DNA of 64,000 bases from Candidatus Thorarchaeota archaeon (GTDB lineage Archaea; Asgardarchaeota; Thorarchaeia; Thorarchaeales; Thorarchaeaceae), in the NCBI GenBank assembly GCA_029855935.1, contig JAGSHN010000019.1:1-64000 (forward strand). Direction: 5' to 3'. Shown here in pieces: positions 58,926 to 64,000 of the stretch. The position numbers were made by a program, and so were the translations under genes. Positions within the stretch are counted from its first letter, which is position 1. The number at the start of each line of letters is the position of its first letter. The notes beneath the pieces are model-generated. The model was not told the origin of the DNA. It saw only the letters and a list, made by a program, of their open reading frames with translations, and did not search any database.

Positions 58926-59828
58926 TCATTGGCCAAGGATGCGGCTGAGGAGGTCCTCGGTACTGATGACATGCTTGTGTAGACCCAGCTGTTCTGGCTC
59001 AAGGCCGAGCGCCAGCCCCAGAAGCTGTGTATAGTAGAGCACCGGCAGGTTGTACCTGTTCTCGCCGAGTTCCTTGTTGAGCTGCAGTTGTGAGAACTCG
59101 AACTGTAGATGACAGAAGGAACACACGTTGATGACAGCGTCTACTCCCGCAGCCATCATATTGTCGAGCTTCTCTCTGGCGATGTCAACGCTCACGGGCG
59201 CATTGCTCCCACGGACGCCGCCGCCCGCACCACAGCACATGAACTTGTCCCGGTACTGCACACTCTCTGCACCGGTCGCCTCCACGAGTTCATCAAGGAA
59301 CCTGTGCCTCTGAGTTCTTCTCCAAGGCCTGTTCTTGCTCGGTTTGAGCAGATGACACCCATAGTGGACCGCCACTCTGAGGCCCCTCAGTGGTCGCTTG
59401 ACGAGTTCCCGTATTCTGTCCAGCCCGACGTCGAAGTAGATTACCTCGATGAGATGTCGGGCATCCACGTTCCCGGTGAACTTGATACCAAGCCCCTTGA
59501 AGACCCTCTGAACCTCTGCGAGCCGTTCAGGATGCTCGTGCAGCTCTGCAAGGGTTTCCTTGAATGTGCCATAGCACCCGTTGCAGCCAGTGATGATGTC
59601 GTGTCCGGCCTGCTCGGCAAGGGCGAGATTCCGGGAGGCCAGAGCAAGCCAGGTCGGCTCGTCAAACGACCTGATTACACCGGGTGCAGGGCAGCAACTG
59701 GCCCCTTGGAGATCCTCGAGCTCAATGCCAATGCGTGGCAGGACCTCCCTGATACTCTTCTCCACGTTTGGAAAACGATTCGGCATCACGCAGCCGAGAA
59801 AGAATGAATACGTTCTGCTCTCAGTCAT
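58926..59828 (-). CDS. hdrB: Heterodisulfide reductase subunit B, copy 1
   Basis: FLGC, SCCPAPG, GCNGC, HYGCH, CCGAGGG, CSFC. Confidence 0.94.
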   Translation of the reverse strand: MTESRTYSFFLGCVMPNRFPNVEKSIREVLPRIGIELEDLQGASCCPAPGVIRSFDEPTWLALASRNLALAEQAGHDIITGCNGCYGTFKETLAELHEHPERLAEVQRVFKGLGIKFTGNVDARHLIEVIYFDVGLDRIRELVKRPLRGLRVAVHYGCHLLKPSKNRPWRRTQRHRFLDELVEATGAESVQYRDKFMCCGAGGGVRGSNAPVSVDIAREKLDNMMAAGVDAVINVCSFCHLQFEFSQLQLNKELGENRYNLPVLYYTQLLGLALGLEPEQLGLHKHVISTEDLLSRILGQ

Positions 59829-60376
59829 TGACCGGACTCCTCCGTGCTCTCAATGAGGTCGATAAAGCCGGTCCTCCGCATTATCTCCTGGACCTGTTCC
59901 AGAGCCTCCCCGCTGGAGTGTGTCGTCGGCGGAATCTCCTGAAGCCCGAGCTCCCTGCGCATCTCCCGGTTCGCGTCGTCAAGTGGTACTGCGTGTCCGG
60001 TCTTGATCAGCTTCCGCGACGCCTTTCTGTGCTGAGGCAGCATAAAGCCCTCCTCCACGGCCATGTTCCTCATTATGATGATTGCATCAGTCACCTTGAT
60101 CTGTCGCGGACAGCGTTCGAGGCATGTGAGGCACGTTGCGCACAGCCACAGATCGGGGGACGTGAGCACCTCCTCTTTCAGTCCGAGAAGTGCCTTCCTG
60201 ATTATCTCCCGCGTTCTGAAGGCCGTTCTTCTGCCGCTGGGACAGACACTGGAACACGTGCCGCACTGAATACAGGTACGTATCCTATCAGCCCCAGCCT
60301 CAACAAGGGTGTCCACAAACTTCGGGTCAATGTCCTCATCATCAATGATATCGCGGACAATAGTGGAGTCGGTCAT
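59825..60376 (-). CDS. hdrC: Heterodisulfide reductase subunit C, copy 1
   Basis: CIQCGTCSSVCP, WLCATCLTCLERCPR, GHAVP. Confidence 0.94.
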   Translation of the reverse strand: MTDSTIVRDIIDDEDIDPKFVDTLVEAGADRIRTCIQCGTCSSVCPSGRRTAFRTREIIRKALLGLKEEVLTSPDLWLCATCLTCLERCPRQIKVTDAIIIMRNMAVEEGFMLPQHRKASRKLIKTGHAVPLDDANREMRRELGLQEIPPTTHSSGEALEQVQEIMRRTGFIDLIESTEESGQ

Positions 60377-60461
60377 CAGGAACCCTCAACGCTTGTACTG
60401 GCGTGGAAGCGCGGCTATCAAGACGATATAAGCCTTCAGTACGGAAGTGCTGTTCTGATGC

Positions 60462-61544
60462 TCACTCGATATCGTACTCTGCGTCCGACAGTAGACCCAC
60501 ATTTCCCACTCGGACGTTTGTCAGACCCGCCTCTCTTGCCACCTCGGCGGCTCTTCTTGCGTGCCTTCTGCTGGTCCTTGGAAGATCTGTCATATGGTGG
60601 TGTGGGGTGAAGCCCAGCAGGGCTGTAGGAATGGTTGGATCGCAGGATGCAATGAACTGGCACAGCTGGCGGACCTCGTGAAGACCGACGTAGCCCGGCA
60701 CAAGCAGAATACTGGCCACTAGAAACTCGCCATCCCTGTTCCTTCCTCTTCCGGCGAGCGTTCTGAAGTTCTTGAGGACCAAGTCATTTCTGACGCCTGT
60801 GAGGGCGGTGTATATCTGCGGGGAGAATGCCTTGAGGTCGAACTTGATGGTCCCTCCAGTAGACTCCACCATATCTGCGATTCTGTCGAGCCACTTGAAG
60901 GAGATGTTTCCATTGGTCTCGTAGCAGACCCGGACGAGTCGCTCCTCGTTTAGGAGGCGGGCGGTCTCCAGTGAGTGGGCTGCGTTGCACGCAGGGTCGC
61001 CCCCAAAGAAGCAGACGCAGGCTGTGGCGGTGTCTGACACAGCGGCCAGTCCAGCAGCGGTCATCCGAGGTCGCCCTGTGACCATCATCTCCTTGTACGA
61101 CTCGTTCTGACAGAAGAGGCAGTCGGAGTTGCACGAGCCGTAGAAGACTGCCAGATTCTTGAGACGTCTTCCATCGCGCGACAGCCCGCTCTTAGTAGTG
61201 ACAGGGCACACCCAGTCGGCGACGCAATTTGTCGGGAGCGGGTCAAAGTACCATGAGACAATGGCCTCATCTGGATATCTCTCGACAACTCTTCCATCAC
61301 GTACCGTGAAGGAACCGCAGAAGCCAATCTCTCCCTCACTCAGCCTACAATGGTTACCGCACTCAGGACAGACATACTGCCCATCTGTCGGAGGCCTCGG
61401 AATCAGCCCCGCACGGGCCCGAAGGCTGGCGTGTGTGTCCACTGCTGTATTGACGAGGGTGCTGTCCTCTCTGTAGCACGCCCCACATCGTCCGAGGACG
61501 GATGCCGCCAGCGCCTCACGGTCCGGGTGCGCTGCACAGAACAT
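60462..61544 (-). CDS. Radical SAM protein (PFL-activase-like/AmmeMemoRadiSam-type)
   Basis: CPECGNHC..GEIGFC, CNSDCLFCQN, FFGGDP, ETNG, FDLKA. Confidence 0.88.
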   Translation of the reverse strand: MFCAAHPDREALAASVLGRCGACYREDSTLVNTAVDTHASLRARAGLIPRPPTDGQYVCPECGNHCRLSEGEIGFCGSFTVRDGRVVERYPDEAIVSWYFDPLPTNCVADWVCPVTTKSGLSRDGRRLKNLAVFYGSCNSDCLFCQNESYKEMMVTGRPRMTAAGLAAVSDTATACVCFFGGDPACNAAHSLETARLLNEERLVRVCYETNGNISFKWLDRIADMVESTGGTIKFDLKAFSPQIYTALTGVRNDLVLKNFRTLAGRGRNRDGEFLVASILLVPGYVGLHEVRQLCQFIASCDPTIPTALLGFTPHHHMTDLPRTSRRHARRAAEVAREAGLTNVRVGNVGLLSDAEYDIE

Positions 61545-61703
61545 AGTGGGCTCTGTATGCCCGGAAGCAATCTAATGTTTTGCCCTGTTCTAGGCCACTT
61601 CTTGGTGCCCCCTCCAGACGCTCAGACCGACAACGTGTCTTGCCCTTTGGTAATGGATTTAAGGCCGGAAGCAGAGTTGACCAGAGCAGTCGGTGGAACA
61701 ACA

Positions 61704-62291
61704 TTGACGAGCCCTGAAACAGAGTCGGCAGTCATCATCGATGAGCCTGACACCTCGTTTGTCGAGATGATAAAGCGCACAGGTGGTCCGAACGTCCAGA
61801 ACTGTTTTCAGTGCGGCACATGTAGCGGGAGCTGCCCCGCTGGGGCCCGGACGAACTATCTGGTCCGTCTGATCATAAGGAAAGCGCTGCTGGGCCTCAA
61901 AGAGGAGGTCATCTCGGCGCCAGAGCTGTGGTACTGTACCACGTGTTACACGTGTCAGGACCGCTGTCCTCAGGAGGTCAATCCGACGGACGTGATCAAG
62001 GCCATCCGCAACATTGCCGTGGCCGAGGGTTATATGCTGGACAATCACAGAAAGACCGCCGCAAAGGTCGTCGATGCTGGTCATGCTGTCCCCCTCGACA
62101 AGGACACCTGGAGAAAGCTTCGCGAGTCGGTCGGGCTTGAGCCAGTCCCGCCGAACGCCAGCGGCAATCCTTGGGCCATAGAGGAGATACGCAAGATCAC
62201 GAGAAAGAGTGGCTTCGACTCACTCATCGGCTATGAGGAGATGCGTCGGGCTGCGGAGGAGAAGGCTCGCCAGAAGGCCAAGAAGGGGTGA
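61704..62291 (+). CDS. hdrC: Heterodisulfide reductase subunit C, copy 2
   Basis: CFQCGTCSGSCP, WYCTTCYTCQDRCP; TTG 61704 is the likely start (the upstream extension overlaps the rSAM gene). Confidence 0.93.
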   Translation: MTSPETESAVIIDEPDTSFVEMIKRTGGPNVQNCFQCGTCSGSCPAGARTNYLVRLIIRKALLGLKEEVISAPELWYCTTCYTCQDRCPQEVNPTDVIKAIRNIAVAEGYMLDNHRKTAAKVVDAGHAVPLDKDTWRKLRESVGLEPVPPNASGNPWAIEEIRKITRKSGFDSLIGYEEMRRAAEEKARQKAKKG

Positions 62292-62299
62292 TTTCACGG

Positions 62300-63214
62300 A
62301 TGGCACGGCCCAAATTCTATCACTTCTTGGGATGCATCATCCCGCACAGATATCCCAGCATCGAGAGAGCTGCGAGGCTCGTCTTTGAGGACCTCGGTGT
62401 CGAGCTTCTCGATATGGTGGGCGCGACGTGCTGTCCCGCCCCGGGTGTGTTCGGCTCTTTCGACCGCGTGACGTGGGCCAGCATTGCAGCGCGCAATCTC
62501 ACCATTGCTGAGGCTGGTGGTCATCCGATCACTACTGGCTGCAACGGCTGTTTCGCGAGCCTTTGGGACGCGAACCATGAACTGCACGTGGACGAGGAGC
62601 TTCGGAAGAGGGTCAACGAGAACCTTGCCGAGATTGGACGCGAGTTCAAAGGCACTATTGAGGTCACCCACTATGTCGATGTGCTTGTGAACACCGTGGG
62701 TCTGGATGAGGTGCGCCGACACGTGGTCCGTCCCCTTGAGGGTGTCAGGATGGCACTTCATCCCGGTTGTCACTGGATGCGTCCGCGCGCACTGAAGAAG
62801 AAGGACAATTCTGAGCGACCACGCATATTTCGCGAGCTCTGCGAGACCTCGGGCGCTGAGTACGTTCCCTACAAGGACGAACTGATATGCTGTGGCGCAG
62901 GTGGTGCCGTAAGGACCGCGGATCTCAAGGTGTCACTTGACTTTACAAAGCAGAAGTTCGAGAGCATAGAGGAGGCGGGTGGCGCCGACATAATCGTCAC
63001 GCCTTGCCCGTTCTGCGAACTTCAACTCGACCTAGGCCAAGTCGAGATTCAGAAGAACTTCGGAGTGGAGTTCACATACGATGTTCTTCACGTGATGGAG
63101 CTTCTTGCTCTCGCGTTCGGTCATGAGCCCGGTGAGTTTGGACTGAAGACGCACCTGCAGTATCTGCAGCGGAAGTCGGAGCCACGCTGGGAGCGTCTGG
63201 GTGTCAAGGCGTAA
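62300..63214 (+). CDS. hdrB: Heterodisulfide reductase subunit B, copy 2
   Basis: FLGC, TCCPAPG, GCNGC, HPGCH, CCGAGG, CPFC. Confidence 0.94.
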   Translation: MARPKFYHFLGCIIPHRYPSIERAARLVFEDLGVELLDMVGATCCPAPGVFGSFDRVTWASIAARNLTIAEAGGHPITTGCNGCFASLWDANHELHVDEELRKRVNENLAEIGREFKGTIEVTHYVDVLVNTVGLDEVRRHVVRPLEGVRMALHPGCHWMRPRALKKKDNSERPRIFRELCETSGAEYVPYKDELICCGAGGAVRTADLKVSLDFTKQKFESIEEAGGADIIVTPCPFCELQLDLGQVEIQKNFGVEFTYDVLHVMELLALAFGHEPGEFGLKTHLQYLQRKSEPRWERLGVKA

Positions 63215-63226
63215 TAAATGCGTAGA

Positions 63227-63265
63227 GAGGCAGAGTCTCGACCCTGGGGCCTACCTCTCTGCCTC
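63227..63265 (+). terminator. Hairpin after hdrB copy 2
   Basis: GAGGCAGAG...CTCTGCCTC 9-bp stem. Confidence 0.35.
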
Positions 63266-63603
63266 ACCTCAGGTAATCACTCGGTGTCAGTCGCTATCAG
63301 GCGATGACTGAGTCTGCACCTCCACTCGTGCAAGATCTGTCTCCTCCTCGTAGGTCCGGCCATTGGACCTACACCGAGAGAGATACGCACGCGTATACCT
63401 TCTCGTCGCTCTCATCTGTCTGCGTCCCAACAGGTATTCTTGACCTCATCATATAGAAATCCTTCGGACTCGAAAGGCCTGTCTAGTCTTTGTCACACTG
63501 CTCTGATGATGTGTCACAGGACCTCAGACGCACGGCGCGACAACTAACCTTTTATCGTGCAAATTCGACCACTGAGGCTATCACGGACGGAGTGACCTCA
63601 GAT

Positions 63604-64000
63604 ATGGCGGCGACTGCAACCAAGCCGGTCGTTGTGATCGGCGCAGGGATTGCTGGCATCAGAGCAGCGCTCGACCTTGCGGACACAGGCATCAAGGTCT
63701 ATCTTGTGGAGCGAAATCCGTCGATTGGCGGCCACATGTCACAGCTTGACAAGACCTTTCCGACCCTTGACTGCAGCATGTGTATAATGGGTCCGTGGAT
63801 GGTCGACTGTTCACGGCACCCCAATATCGAGATACTCTCCTATTCCGAGGTCGTCGAGGTATCTGGTCAGCGTGGTGACTTCAAGGTCCGCGTGCTGAGG
63901 CACAATCGTCGTGTGGACCCTGACAGGTGCACTGGCTGCGGCGACTGTCAGCGAGTCTGTCCAATCGAGGTGCCAAACGAGTACGACCTTGGCCTAAAGA
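63604..64000 (+). CDS. hdrA: Heterodisulfide reductase subunit A (N-terminus, runs off the window)
   Basis: Translated by hand: VVIGAGIAG..AALDLA...SIGGHMSQLDKTFPTLDCSMC...CTGCGDCQRVCP. Confidence 0.95.
   Translation, partial: MAATATKPVVVIGAGIAGIRAALDLADTGIKVYLVERNPSIGGHMSQLDKTFPTLDCSMCIMGPWMVDCSRHPNIEILSYSEVVEVSGQRGDFKVRVLRHNRRVDPDRCTGCGDCQRVCPIEVPNEYDLGLK

Noticed and set aside
61350-61703. N-terminal extension of hdrC copy 2; similar extensions at 19304-19504 and 53461-53589
   Set aside because: They overlap neighbouring genes, promoters or the RNA hairpin; family homology begins at the downstream starts
63350-63372. Hairpin GTAGGTCC-N7-GGACCTAC and nearby small ORFs upstream of hdrA as a SECIS or sORF
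   Set aside because: No clear AUGA/GA kink-turn core; no in-frame TGA in the visible hdr genes; the short ORFs have no recognisable motif

Overview
A 64-kb archaeal chromosomal window. The gene content (IDLSPL-type LRR proteins, short AlaRS, group-4 [NiFe]-hydrogenase, duplicated hdrCB plus hdrA, geranylgeranyl reductase) points to an Asgard archaeon, probably Thorarchaeia; this is an inference. About 2.5-18 kb is a visibly more AT-rich accessory/defence-like region. It holds HEPN-like, Nmad3-like and AbiTii-like genes, a frameshifted hsdR remnant, a possible TFB remnant, a tandem DUF2284 protein, and a degenerate ~90-bp duplication of an LRR gene 3' end that brackets a sub-island. The best candidate for a new system is a compact minus-strand operon: an unannotated ~33-aa Trp-containing peptide (16912-17013), a radical SAM/SPASM-Twitch enzyme, and a large HD-domain protein. 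This resembles a RiPP-type or peptide-dependent system. Other notable items are a ~75-nt stem-loop in the leader of a NYN RNase gene, a twice-repeated module of a secreted DxDxD protein plus a double-HTH regulator, two genes apparently starting at CTG, and a nuoABCDHI-ordered true [NiFe]-hydrogenase. The remaining 18-64 kb is mostly core metabolism (alaS, ahcY, acyl-CoA dehydrogenase, 2-oxoacid:ferredoxin oxidoreductase, Hdr, subtilase, transporters, regulators). I found no tRNA, rRNA, CRISPR array or intact integrase/transposase. All family calls come from motif recognition by eye; no database searches were run.
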